Source of the DNA: a virus
Taxonomy: Duplodnaviria > Caudoviricetes
Strand: one strand, 5' to 3'
IMG/VR virus record: IMGVR_UViG_3300047578_000001
Span: 1-54,704 of that record
DNA length: 54,704 nucleotides
Under the pieces are notes generated by a model. That model was not told where the DNA came from, ran no database searches, and worked only from the letters and a program-made list of their open reading frames with translations. The stretch's first letter is position 1, and every line of letters starts with the position of its first letter. This document shows, in pieces, positions 1 through 9,215 of the stretch. The position numbers and the translations under genes were made by a program.

Positions 1-417
1 TTGCTACCACGCGGGCACGGGGGTGTGCCCCCCTGCCCGTCCGCGCGTGCACGCACGCGATGTGTCATGCGCGAGACACTACCCTCACACCATGCCAGAC
101 CACAATCCCCAATTTCTGTACTGCACACCACACGCCAATCCTCTTCCTAATACCCACCCTCGTGTGCTAGTACGCGTGTGCTGTCCTCACCTCACCCACA
201 CACAGCCCAGTACCCACCTGCACACACCCCCATACTGCCCCCTAGGAGCTCCATACAGCCCCCTACAGGGGGTACCTGGTACGAAGGGCTAGCCAGGGGG
301 GTGTAGGCCCTGAGATTGCCCCACACAGGGCTTAAATAGGTTTTCCCTGGCAGGAGGGGGTGCCATATAGACCCCCTCCCCCTATAAACACCTCCTGACC
401 TGGTCTTATGGGCCGAT

Positions 418-446
418 TTGACAGCCCCTTTGGGGGCGCGTACTGT
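418..446 (+). promoter_or_regulatory. SigA/sigma70-type early promoter P1
   Basis: TTGACA-17 nt-TACTGT. Confidence 0.6.
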
Positions 447-616
447 TCTCCATGTCGCCACCACGGGACACCAGGAAAGCCCCCGAAGTTGGGGGTTGCG
501 GGTCAGAACCCCGTCTGGTAGGGTCAATCCCATCAATTCCACATGGTCCCGAGGACATCCCGCCTAGAGCGGGGGATAGTACGGACCAGCCGATTCGGGT
601 CTCCCGAAATCCGGAG

Positions 617-645
617 TTGACAGGAAAAACCCGATTTGCTAAGCT
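617..645 (+). promoter_or_regulatory. SigA/sigma70-type early promoter P2
   Basis: TTGACA-17 nt-TAAGCT, followed by TCACCCGGAGCCGAAA. Confidence 0.7.
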
Positions 646-785
646 TCACCCGGAGCCGAAAGGCCCCTCACAACTACATACGCAGCCAAGGTTACCGACC
701 CGATATGGGCGCTACCAAGTCAGGCGGGGCTTAAATCCCCGTAGGCGACCAATGGTGTGGGGGCGACAAACCCCCACTGCGAGAC

Positions 786-815
786 TTGACAAGGGTTGAG
801 CCGCTCTGATAGGGT
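786..815 (+). promoter_or_regulatory. SigA/sigma70-type early promoter P3
   Basis: TTGACA-18 nt-TAGGGT, followed by TCACCCAGTACCGAAA (similar to the sequence after P2). Confidence 0.65.
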
Positions 816-849
816 TCACCCAGTACCGAAAAGGGATACGGGTACAGGG

Positions 850-1055
850 GCCGACCAAGGTAAGACTTGGAGAACCTGGCAGCCATTGATCTTAGGGATG
901 CGTCCCACAAACACATAGGTTCCATGACACCGGAAGTCATGGTCTGGCACCCCGACATTACGGGGACACGTTGACTTGTCCGTGTGGTAACAGATCCGGG
1001 AGACCGGTGAAAGCCTAGCGCAGAGGATGGCCATAATGAACGAAAGGCATCCAAA
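850..1055 (+). ncRNA. Candidate structured leader or ncRNA
   Basis: No credible ORF; nested helices 916-921/1012-1017, 922-928/936-942, 943-946/991-994, 950-954/961-965, 966-970/981-985, 996-999/1004-1007 (GAGA tetraloop). Confidence 0.4.
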
Positions 1056-1126
1056 CTTTAGAAATGCTTAAGTGGGACAGAGTGTTGAGTCTCTGTCCCG
1101 CCTTGGCACTTCTAAGGAGAGTTGAT

Positions 1127-1411
1127 ATGAACGTATTCAACGCGGTAAACGTGAATGACATCGGCGACGATGCGATGCCCAGAACGGGTGTCATCCTGAG
1201 AAGGATTCACGTGTTCGTGGAATTGCAGGGTGAGTACTGCGACATCCGTAATCAGTGGACCCTTTCGTGGCCGTTGGTCGTTGCTTACACCAACGGTCTG
1301 GTCACGGAAGAAGGAATCACCGAAGAGGGTTGGGACAAAGTAGAGCTGCTCTTTGAGTTCCTCTATGAGTACTCGGCTTGGGAAGATTTCAGGTTGACCG
1401 AAGAACTGTGA
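1127..1411 (+). CDS. Hypothetical early protein (acidic)
   Basis: ATG at 1127 preceded by AAGGAGAG RBS. Confidence 0.7.
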   Translation: MNVFNAVNVNDIGDDAMPRTGVILRRIHVFVELQGEYCDIRNQWTLSWPLVVAYTNGLVTEEGITEEGWDKVELLFEFLYEYSAWEDFRLTEEL

Positions 1412-1474
1412 TTGAACCTGGTATTGGGTCCACGACCCAATTCCGGATTGAACCACCGTTCAAAGGAGTAAGTT

Positions 1475-1723
1475 ATGGTTGAGCAATTGAAGGTTGAGAC
1501 CGAAAACGCGACGATCTACGCTAACCACACCAAAGGATCACGATACGTGACTATGGTGTGGAAGTGGAAGACTTCAAACCAGTGGGTTGCCAAGGGTTGG
1601 TGTGATGCGGGTCCGGAAGTTACCCGGATGCGTGCCGGTGAGACCTTGGAACAGTTCATGCGGGAGTTGTTCTTTACCAACATCTCGGTCGGCCCGGTCA
1701 CGGGTCTGCCCGGTCATCGCTAG
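1475..1723 (+). CDS. Hypothetical early protein
   Basis: ORF with AAAGGAG RBS. Confidence 0.7.
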   Translation: MVEQLKVETENATIYANHTKGSRYVTMVWKWKTSNQWVAKGWCDAGPEVTRMRAGETLEQFMRELFFTNISVGPVTGLPGHR

Positions 1724-1791
1724 ATGTCTTGAGTGGTTCACGGGCAGACCCGTCAACCGCTTTCTACACCTAGAGTGATGAGGTAGTTACA

Positions 1792-2013
1792 GTGAAGGTG
1801 AAAGAAGCGTTGAGCCGAATAGTGATTGCTCCGGTCATTGCTGGAATCATCGTTGGGTGTGTAAGCCTTGGAGCTTTTGCCCCGAAGGATTCACCTGAGG
1901 TTGACAACAACTCGTGTGGCGTGTTCTTCCTGCGGTCTTCGGACTGCCCGGAAGACACGATTGGGTGGATTGGCTCACCCGAAGACTCACGGACGGGAGC
2001 CCAGAAGGTATGA
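1792..2013 (+). CDS. Hypothetical protein with N-terminal hydrophobic segment
   Basis: GAGGT RBS; hydrophobic stretch; ATGA overlap with next ORF. Confidence 0.55.
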   Translation: MKVKEALSRIVIAPVIAGIIVGCVSLGAFAPKDSPEVDNNSCGVFFLRSSDCPEDTIGWIGSPEDSRTGAQKV

Positions 2014-2252
2014 GGCTGCCACGACTTCCGCAGTGGATTCGCAAGGGGTTCAATGAGGCATCACACATGATGTCTATGGGGTTGGACACCTACACAATCT
2101 GGGCTTTCCAGTCCGAAGAAGACATGGAAGATCACAAGTGGTACTTCAAGGATGTGTTCCAGGATTACGACACGGCCTGTGACTTCCTCGAAGAATTGAG
2201 GATCTTGCACGACGAACTGTTCTTCACAACCGATTTCGAGTCTCTTGTATAG
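2010..2252 (+). CDS. Hypothetical early protein
   Basis: ATG at 2010 overlaps upstream stop. Confidence 0.55.
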   Translation: MRLPRLPQWIRKGFNEASHMMSMGLDTYTIWAFQSEEDMEDHKWYFKDVFQDYDTACDFLEELRILHDELFFTTDFESLV

Positions 2253-2306
2253 AGGGTTGGGGCCTTCGGGTCCCCCTTCTGTACTCTTCACTCGAAAGGG
2301 AAGAAA

Positions 2307-2477
2307 ATGAAGTTGCACGCAAGAGTTCAAGTAAAGCCTCACCTTGATTGCTGGATGCAGGGCGACCGCTACGGAAGGGTTGTCAAGATCCAAGAGAAGG
2401 TGGTCCATGTCCGGATGTTTCGGACCGGGCGAATTCGCATCTTCTCTCACCTGAACGTGGATGAGGTGAAGGTATGA
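2307..2477 (+). CDS. Hypothetical protein (56 aa, below ORF-track cutoff)
   Basis: MKLHARVQVKPHLDCWMQGDRYGRVV...; RBS; ATGA coupling to 2474. Confidence 0.6.
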   Translation: MKLHARVQVKPHLDCWMQGDRYGRVVKIQEKVVHVRMFRTGRIRIFSHLNVDEVKV

Positions 2478-2665
2478 GCCGTCCAATGTTGGTAGACGGC
2501 TATGAGGTCATCTACCTCACGAGTGATGGTCGAGTGGTTCACGGTAACTGCGCAAGTGATGAGGACACCCAACTCCCCTACTGGGAGGGTCCCTCACACG
2601 AGTGCGATTGCCTTGACCAGTGCGGCCGGATGATCCACTCAAGTTATAGTGAGGTAGAGGAATGA
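2474..2665 (+). CDS. Hypothetical Cys/His-containing protein
   Basis: Coupled ORF; HGNC...CDCLDQC. Confidence 0.6.
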   Translation: MSRPMLVDGYEVIYLTSDGRVVHGNCASDEDTQLPYWEGPSHECDCLDQCGRMIHSSYSEVEE

Positions 2666-3039
2666 GCGACGTGTCAAAGACAACTTACAACCACAACGGC
2701 GTCCAGTACATAGAGGTTAGGGCCGTTGGTGGAACCCGCCGTGAACGTGGTTCCGCCACTGGAGCATTCGTCCGGAAACTACCGGGTAAGTGGGTGAAGT
2801 ACCACACCACCTATTCGGAGACTCACGGGTTCCAGACCTGCACCTACACCAAGTACATGTGTGAGAACCCTCCGAGGTTTGAGGCGCACACGGGTCAACC
2901 ATCCTGGCACCAGGCCAGGGCTGGTGCGATCTCATCAGGTATCGTGGTGTTCGGCACCAAGGATGAGGCTGACCAGTACGTGGAAAGGTACAAGGCTTCG
3001 CATCCCGGGGAGCCCGCGTTCGTGGTCGTCAAAACCTGA
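2662..3039 (+). CDS. Hypothetical early protein
   Basis: ATGA overlap; GAGG RBS. Confidence 0.65.
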   Translation: MSDVSKTTYNHNGVQYIEVRAVGGTRRERGSATGAFVRKLPGKWVKYHTTYSETHGFQTCTYTKYMCENPPRFEAHTGQPSWHQARAGAISSGIVVFGTKDEADQYVERYKASHPGEPAFVVVKT

Positions 3040-3103
3040 GTGACCTTGGTGGGATAGAGGCTTGAGTCTCTATCCTGCCATCCTTACTTAGGGAGTGTAA
3101 GTT

Positions 3104-3520
3104 ATGGGTGTCATGAAGCATATCTCCGCTTTTGTGGACGAATTCGAACAGGGCTACATTTCGTGCCTGCTCTGGACGGACGAGTCACAGGCCCAGGAAG
3201 ATGTGTCTGAGGCTGGCGAGAACTGGGAAGATTTCGACTGGTCCGAAGACATGATCGACCCTGAGAGCAAGGACGAAATTCGCGAGGTCTGCGAGGATTT
3301 CGTGACCAGCAACTGGGACGACTTGGAGCTGTACGTCCAGAAGGGTCGCCCGGCAGACCACGCGGGTCACGACTTCGCTCTGTCCCGCAACGGACATGGT
3401 ACGGGGTTCTGGGACCGTGGGATAGAAGCCTTGGGAGACAGGCTGCACGAGGCTGCAAAGGTCTACGGCTACGCGGCGCTCACCCTGTCGCACAGCAAGG
3501 CAATTTACTACCAAGGTTAG
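3104..3520 (+). CDS. Conserved acidic phage protein (GHDF.L.RNGHG.GFWD motif)
   Basis: RBS; motif recognised from phage hypothetical proteins; function unknown. Confidence 0.75.
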   Translation: MGVMKHISAFVDEFEQGYISCLLWTDESQAQEDVSEAGENWEDFDWSEDMIDPESKDEIREVCEDFVTSNWDDLELYVQKGRPADHAGHDFALSRNGHGTGFWDRGIEALGDRLHEAAKVYGYAALTLSHSKAIYYQG

Positions 3521-3591
3521 AGGCATGATTCTATCGTGTTCGGTCTGTGACCGAATACGGTGGTGTCAGACCCCTAGCAAAGGATAGAGAC

Positions 3592-3843
3592 ATGAACAGC
3601 ATGGCCGAAATCTTCCCGAAGCCCCCGCGTTTCGTGGTGCAGTCGGACCTCTTCGGGGTGTACGTCCGCGACACGTTCAGTGGACATGCGGTCAGGGACG
3701 GGAAGGAGAACGTGATCAGGTTCCCGGACTCCAAGCGTGACGAGATCCAGGACATCGCAGACCACATGAACGAACTGACGGCAGGTATCTCTTTCGAGGA
3801 TTCGGCGGTTAACATTCCGACCGACCAGGAACTGGCAGCCTAG
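3592..3843 (+). CDS. Hypothetical protein
   Basis: AAGGA RBS before ATG at 3592. Confidence 0.6.
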   Translation: MNSMAEIFPKPPRFVVQSDLFGVYVRDTFSGHAVRDGKENVIRFPDSKRDEIQDIADHMNELTAGISFEDSAVNIPTDQELAA

Positions 3844-3901
3844 TAACCTCCTTAGGCGGGGGCACGACCCCCGTCTTTGGTCCTTACTAGGAGGTTTGGT
3901 T

Positions 3902-4258
3902 ATGTGTGTTGGTTGCGACACCGTTGCGATGATTCCCGAGCAGGAGCAAACCCCTGCCGAGATCATCCAGAAAAGGGTTGACAACGGGATCGAGTTTCTG
4001 AACGAGGAACTCGCCTTCGATTGGCCCTGGGACCTGGATACGGGAAGGCTTGACCTGGGAAACATGGTCTGGTGTGTCATCGGACAACTGTACGCACCGG
4101 TCCCAGGTGCGCGGGGTGGTTGGAGCAGGTTTTTCGACCTGCATGAGCCCAGTTCCGAATGGATGCTGGCCCACGGGTTCGACAGTCCGGAACGTGAGGA
4201 CTACGTGCTTCTGACCGCAGAGTGGAAGCGTAGGGTTTACGAGATCCTGGCCCACTGA
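3902..4258 (+). CDS. Hypothetical protein
   Basis: AGGAGG RBS. Confidence 0.7.
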   Translation: MCVGCDTVAMIPEQEQTPAEIIQKRVDNGIEFLNEELAFDWPWDLDTGRLDLGNMVWCVIGQLYAPVPGARGGWSRFFDLHEPSSEWMLAHGFDSPEREDYVLLTAEWKRRVYEILAH

Positions 4259-4319
4259 TTGTCTTTGATTGGGTTCGGTCTGAGACCGAACCCTTTCATT
4301 TATAATCGGAATGGAAGGT

Positions 4320-4694
4320 ATGACAATGACTGTTGAAGACTTCAACCCCAACCCGGCGTTTGCTCCCATCGTGGAAGCGTTGGCACTGGAGTTCACGGCA
4401 GGCCGGAACTGGGACATGGAAGCAGAACTCCTGCTGGCCGTGGAATGTGACTCGGCCTGCGAGGACGAGTGCTGCGTCGAACCCAAGGCTCCCGAGTTGA
4501 CCGAGTCCCAAGCCCGGGACCTATTCGACGACTTCGTGAACGAGTGCTACCCCACGGTCTCGATCATGGGACTCGACTACGATCCCGCACGAGTCCTGAA
4601 GGAGATTGACCACACCGCTTACCATCAGGAGTTCCTGAACTGGATGGACTCCGAGGAAAGGGATGGTGTGTACTCGTTCCCGTGGAACGAGTGA
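4320..4694 (+). CDS. Highly acidic hypothetical protein
   Basis: ORF; D/E-rich; start uncertain (4311/4320/4326). Confidence 0.65.
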   Translation: MTMTVEDFNPNPAFAPIVEALALEFTAGRNWDMEAELLLAVECDSACEDECCVEPKAPELTESQARDLFDDFVNECYPTVSIMGLDYDPARVLKEIDHTAYHQEFLNWMDSEERDGVYSFPWNE

Positions 4695-4774
4695 TCTGGA
4701 CAGTCAAGGACCCCACACAGGTTGAGAAATATCTGTGTGGGGGATTGGTTGCCCAGTCATGAAAGGCTAGAGAC

Positions 4775-5128
4775 ATGGAATACAAAGTCACTGACGAAGT
4801 GATGAGTGTGGTTCCCATTGACGAGATCCTGTCTGACTGGCAAAGCGGAGATGCCGAGATGATGGGCATGACTCTCCCACAGATGTTGGACCACAAGCGG
4901 GGGGACGACCATTACCCTAAGCTGGTCGAAACCCTGAAGAAAGAGGGTTGGACCAAGGGAGTGGGGTGTGTGAGCTGGATCAACGGCACGAAAGTGTTGT
5001 CTGATGGTCATCACAGGCTGGCAGCGGCTATTGACCTAGGGCAGAAGTACGTGCCTGTTCGGTCTGGATACGCTGAGGCGGACTCCGGATCGTGGGGGCT
5101 GGTAAACAACGCCCAATCGTGGTTCTGA
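4775..5128 (+). CDS. ParB/sulfiredoxin-like domain protein
   Basis: LSDGHHRLAAA motif. Confidence 0.7.
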   Translation: MEYKVTDEVMSVVPIDEILSDWQSGDAEMMGMTLPQMLDHKRGDDHYPKLVETLKKEGWTKGVGCVSWINGTKVLSDGHHRLAAAIDLGQKYVPVRSGYAEADSGSWGLVNNAQSWF

Positions 5129-5196
5129 GTTTTCATTGGGTCCAAGAACGTAAAGTCTTGTGCCCTGTTGGTAACTCAGCCTAAGGAGAAAAAGAC

Positions 5197-5667
5197 ATGA
5201 CAAATAAGGTTTCACTTCGGGACTTGGTGGATGCCCTGCGTTCGGGAAAGTACCCGAAGGGTGTCGGAGCTTTGAGGGCAAAGAAAGCAGGAGAAACCGA
5301 GTTTTCCTTTTGCTGCGAAGGTGTGATGTGTGAACTCAACGGCGTCCCGCAGGTGTCTGTCCACATGGACGACTTCGGCGGGTGGTACACCAAGTACTAC
5401 GACGAGACCCTCCCGTCGACGCCTGCCACGTCATTCGCGCCGCAAAACGTGTGGGTCGGTACCGGGATGCGCACGGCCACGGGCGTGACCGCACAGATCA
5501 AACTGCCTTCCTACTACAAGAACGAGGACACGGGGGAGTTGGAATCGGATGGGTGGGAATATCTCAGCCTGGCAGCGTTGAACGACTACACCCCGGCACA
5601 CCCCAAGAACGCATTCACCTTCGACCAGATCGCTGACCTGATCGAGTGGGCGTACCTCTCGGACTGA
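5197..5667 (+). CDS. Hypothetical protein, ALRSG..CC.GV..TFDQIA family (paralog of 20648)
   Basis: AAGGAG RBS; motifs shared with 20648..21151. Confidence 0.75.
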   Translation: MTNKVSLRDLVDALRSGKYPKGVGALRAKKAGETEFSFCCEGVMCELNGVPQVSVHMDDFGGWYTKYYDETLPSTPATSFAPQNVWVGTGMRTATGVTAQIKLPSYYKNEDTGELESDGWEYLSLAALNDYTPAHPKNAFTFDQIADLIEWAYLSD

Positions 5668-5745
5668 ACGCCTTCCGGGGATCTCAAGCTTTGGTTTGAG
5701 GTCTCCCGGTGCGCATTCAGCGCGTAACCAGAGGAGAGTAAAGAC

Positions 5746-6261
5746 ATGACGAGTTCTACTCAGATCAAGCTTTCGGACGCAATGGTGGCGGCCCTGAAGG
5801 GTGCCGATATCCTGAGTCCGACCGGCCCGACACTTCCGGCTTCCACCAAACAGTCCACGGTCAACGCGCTGGCCTCGCGAGGTCTGGTGTCGCTGGACCG
5901 ATACTTGACCCCGGAAGGTGTGGAAGCCGCACGCCAGCTCGGCAACGACACCACCACGTACAACGACCCCGCACCGATCGAGGTCCTGGAGGAGTTGCTG
6001 GAAGGCGACCCCTGGAGCCCTGAGAAGGCCGTGGAGACCACGGAAGGCAATCCGGCAGGGATCACCCCGGAGATGGTCACGCAGGCCGCACAGAACATCC
6101 TGAAGGCTGTCGACCTGGACGAGCCGCACACCGTGCCCAACCGCGAGGACAAGCGGAAGGTCAAGTTCCAGCTTCGTGGCGCACTCTCGCGTCTGAAGGA
6201 GCGTCAGCGCGTCAAGCGCATGAAGAAGTACGGCTCGGTTCCGACCGCCCAGGTTGTCTAA
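5746..6261 (+). CDS. Hypothetical protein (possible N-terminal winged helix; basic C-terminus)
   Basis: GAGGAG RBS; TVNALASRGLV...LTPEG. Confidence 0.65.
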   Translation: MTSSTQIKLSDAMVAALKGADILSPTGPTLPASTKQSTVNALASRGLVSLDRYLTPEGVEAARQLGNDTTTYNDPAPIEVLEELLEGDPWSPEKAVETTEGNPAGITPEMVTQAAQNILKAVDLDEPHTVPNREDKRKVKFQLRGALSRLKERQRVKRMKKYGSVPTAQVV

Positions 6262-6950
6262 ACCGAAAGGTTAGACCCTCATGGAATACTTCTGGCCCCT
6301 GTTCTGGGGCTTTGTGGTCCTCGCATCATGGCTTGTATGGATCTTTGCCGACCCGTACGATCCCGACTAGAAAGACATCATGAAAAGGCATCAGGTTAGT
6401 ATCGAGCACTTGTTCAGGCTTTCCGAACGGGGCATTGACCCCGGTCGGGAGCTGGACATGATCCAAAACATCCACAGGTATGTGCGGGATGCTCATGAGT
6501 TCGCCAGGTCGTATGCGAACTACGCACAAACCGTGCGTGAGTTGTGTTCGGGGGAGCCCGAACCGGTTTCCACCTTCCTCCAGAGGTGGCCACACAGGAA
6601 GGTTGTACTGTGACCAACCCGTTTTACATCTTGACCATCCTTTTGTTCTGTGCCGCATGTTTCTTGGGGCGCAACAACAAGTACGCTGCTTTCGCGTGCT
6701 TCCTGGTTGGTGTGTTGTCGGCTTTCGTGGGGACATACCACAATGCCCCCTAAGAAAGGTAAGAAGTCTGGTGTGTTGCCCCACATCGACAGGAGTAGAG
6801 CCCTGCCGGTGAGGACCGGCATCGGATTCTGGAAAGTCTTGGCTCTGGGCTCGGCTGTAGGGTTGGTGGTCTATGCTTGTGGTAACCACCAATCCGAGCC
6901 TGTTACTCCAGAGCCCGCACAGGTAGTAACCACACAGTAAGGGGAAGATA

Positions 6951-7082
6951 TTGGGTAAGGGCGACGAAGACGACAACTCACACCGCAGGCCCGACGCAAA
7001 GTGGTGTGGTGACTGCAATGGCACTGGAACAAATCCGGATGGGGAACAGTGCGGCACGTGTTCGGGTCAGGGCTGGTACTGA
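6951..7082 (+). CDS. Small DnaJ-type zinc-finger protein
   Basis: TTG start after AAGGGGA; CGDCNGTG...CGTCSGQG (two CxxCxGxG motifs). Confidence 0.6.
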   Translation: MGKGDEDDNSHRRPDAKWCGDCNGTGTNPDGEQCGTCSGQGWY

Positions 7083-7428
7083 TGATCCAGATCCAGGAAG
7101 ATGGGTGGACTGTCACCCTCACCAACAGCCGTGATCTGACCGTGTCAGGATTCGGTATCACCCGAATCCATAAGGTTGGGGATATGTCGGCCGATGAGCT
7201 GGTCGGCTTTGCCTTGGGGTGGGTTGCCTACCACAAGATGGTCAGGGCAGACAGCCCGATCCAGTCCGAGTCATATCCGGTTTTCCAGTAAGACAACACG
7301 CGTTTCGGACCTGTTCACCAGACCAAGCGGTTATGACTGAGGTCGACTGAACGTGTGACAACTGAATAGCCACCTGTGATGAGCCCGCATAGGGTCGGGG
7401 CTACGTCTTGCACAACACAGGGGCACTC

Positions 7429-7501
7429 GGACGTCTAGCCCAACGGCAGAGGCAACGCATTCAAGATGCGTTCAGTAAGGGTTCGAATCCCTTGTCGTCC
7501 A
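7429..7501 (+). tRNA. tRNA-Leu(CAA), short variable arm
   Basis: Cloverleaf; anticodon arm ACGCA-TTCAAGA-TGCGT; T arm AAGGG-TTCGAAT-CCCTT; one U:U in acceptor stem. Confidence 0.8.
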
Positions 7502-7539
7502 CTCCTAAAATCACAACAAAAATTGAAACGGAGAAAGTC

Positions 7540-7896
7540 ATGGCCAAGGTTACCAAGATTGTCGACGACATCGATGGCACGGACGCAACCGACACCCTGG
7601 AATTCTCGTGGGGTGGTGACAACTACACGATCGACCTGAGCGACGAGAACGCCGATGAGTTCCGTCGACTGATGGCCAGGTACGTCTCTCACGCCACGAA
7701 GGTGCGGCACGAGGTCAAGCCCTTCGGGAAGCGTGTGAGCCCCGTACGGTCCACCTCGGAGCTGAACGAGATCCGTGCATGGGCACGTGAGCACGACTTC
7801 GAGGTGTCCAGCGTGGGACGTATCCGTGAGGAGATCCTGACGGCCTACGAGAACCGCGACGTGGACCAGGAGACGACCGACAAGGAAGCGGAGTAG
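7540..7896 (+). CDS. lsr2: Lsr2-like nucleoid-associated protein
   Basis: MAKVTKIVDDIDG...YTIDLS dimerisation domain; IRAWAR...VSSVGRI DNA-binding domain. Confidence 0.9.
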   Translation: MAKVTKIVDDIDGTDATDTLEFSWGGDNYTIDLSDENADEFRRLMARYVSHATKVRHEVKPFGKRVSPVRSTSELNEIRAWAREHDFEVSSVGRIREEILTAYENRDVDQETTDKEAE

Positions 7897-8307
7897 TGGG
7901 TATATACTACTTAACCGGAGCCATCGTGCTCCTTCTGGTCGGTCTGTACATCCACGATAAGTACGGCGGCAACAACGATAAGGACAAATGGTAATGTGGG
8001 CTATCGGAATACTCGCACTGGGAGTGCTTGTCTGGTACATGGTCATTCTGTTGTGGGACATGTGATTACCTACGATCACGTGCAAGGGTTCTTCTCTGGA
8101 ATTATCTTTGCATCGGCGATGGCGGTATTGATTCTGTGTTCCGGAAGGAACAAGTAAACACAACTAAATAGAAAGGAGGTAGAGATATGTTGGCTTATTC
8201 GGGGGAAGGGTTGACCCAGGGTCAGACCAGTGCCCTCGGAATATTCGTTATTTTGGTCGCAGCAGCCTGTTTTCTGATCGTAGCTTTCTGGAAGAGGTAA
8301 GACAGAG

Positions 8308-9078
8308 ATGGGAGTACCAACATACCGCAGTGTTTCTCAGGTAAACGAACTTGACAGGTGCCCGGAAGCATATCGCTTGGGACGAATCGAACGAGCCTGG
8401 AAGAAACCAGCAGCATGGCTCTCACAAGGTACAGCCGTTCACTATGCGGCTGAAATGTGGGAGAAGTCAGGCCGTACCATGAGCCTGGAAGAGGCCCAGA
8501 ACGCTTTCAAACAGTCGTACACGGACGAGGTGGCAAAGTATGCTGCCACGACGCCTAACTTCGACTTCTGGGAGCGCTCAGGGCCGTACAACGGGCGTAC
8601 CGATGTGGAACGCAGGTGGGGTATTGGTGTTCAGCAAGTAGCAGGATATATCGACTACTACACCAAGTATCCCGAGGAAGTACCCGGAACTTATGATGGT
8701 GTTCCGGCAGTGGAACTTGAGTTTGATGTCGAATTTGGTGAGACCCCGGTGAGGGGTCTCATCGACATGGTTGTTGATGACAAGCCACGAGACAACAAGA
8801 CCGGTAAGAAACCTGGGTCAGACTTTCAGCTAGCAACCTACGCGGGTGCTTTGGCTGTAAAGTACGACGTGCCATTCACACAAGGTGATTACTGGATGGC
8901 TCAACAAGGCCAACCAACCAGGCCGTATGACTTGTCGAACTGGTCGGTGGAGCGGCTTGCCGATGTGTACGGAGAAGCAGACGAACAGATCAAAGCGGAG
9001 AACTTTGATCCGAAGCCGTCTGTCGAGACTTGTCAGTTCTGTAGTGTGCGTAATTCTTGCTCGTACGCAATGGCCTAA
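8308..9078 (+). CDS. Cas4/RecB-family (PD-(D/E)xK) exonuclease
   Basis: SVSQ..CP, GTAVH, GLIDM..DNKTG, QLATY, C-terminal CQFC....C. Confidence 0.88.
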   Translation: MGVPTYRSVSQVNELDRCPEAYRLGRIERAWKKPAAWLSQGTAVHYAAEMWEKSGRTMSLEEAQNAFKQSYTDEVAKYAATTPNFDFWERSGPYNGRTDVERRWGIGVQQVAGYIDYYTKYPEEVPGTYDGVPAVELEFDVEFGETPVRGLIDMVVDDKPRDNKTGKKPGSDFQLATYAGALAVKYDVPFTQGDYWMAQQGQPTRPYDLSNWSVERLADVYGEADEQIKAENFDPKPSVETCQFCSVRNSCSYAMA

Positions 9079-9215
9079 GAAAGGGTAGTCGTGGCGTGTT
9101 GGCACAAGTGGACCAAAAAATGGGTGGACTACACCTATTGGAAGGCAAACGGGACAGTTGCTGACCAGACGAAACGCTGTCTGAAATGCAACAAGCTTAA
9201 GATCAGGTCGGTCAA

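Noticed and set aside
23-1054. ORFs in the terminal non-coding region
   Set aside because: Low-complexity Pro/Arg-rich translations with no RBS, overlapping promoters and hairpins
1058-5720. Early hairpins as a CRISPR array, attC integron cassettes or terminators
   Set aside because: Sequences are not identical repeats; no integron integrase or consistent RYYYAAC/GTTRRRY cores; no U tracts
7429-7501. Lone tRNA as attP or prophage boundary
   Set aside because: No integrase recognised and phage genes lie on both sides
7408-7539. N-terminal extensions in the ORF track (lsr2, 49445, 53261, 41272, 35065)
   Set aside because: They overlap tRNAs or neighbouring genes; downstream starts give better RBS or overlap geometry
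8308-9078. Cas4-like gene as evidence of a CRISPR system
   Set aside because: No repeat-spacer array or other cas genes; solo Cas4/RecB nucleases are common in these phages
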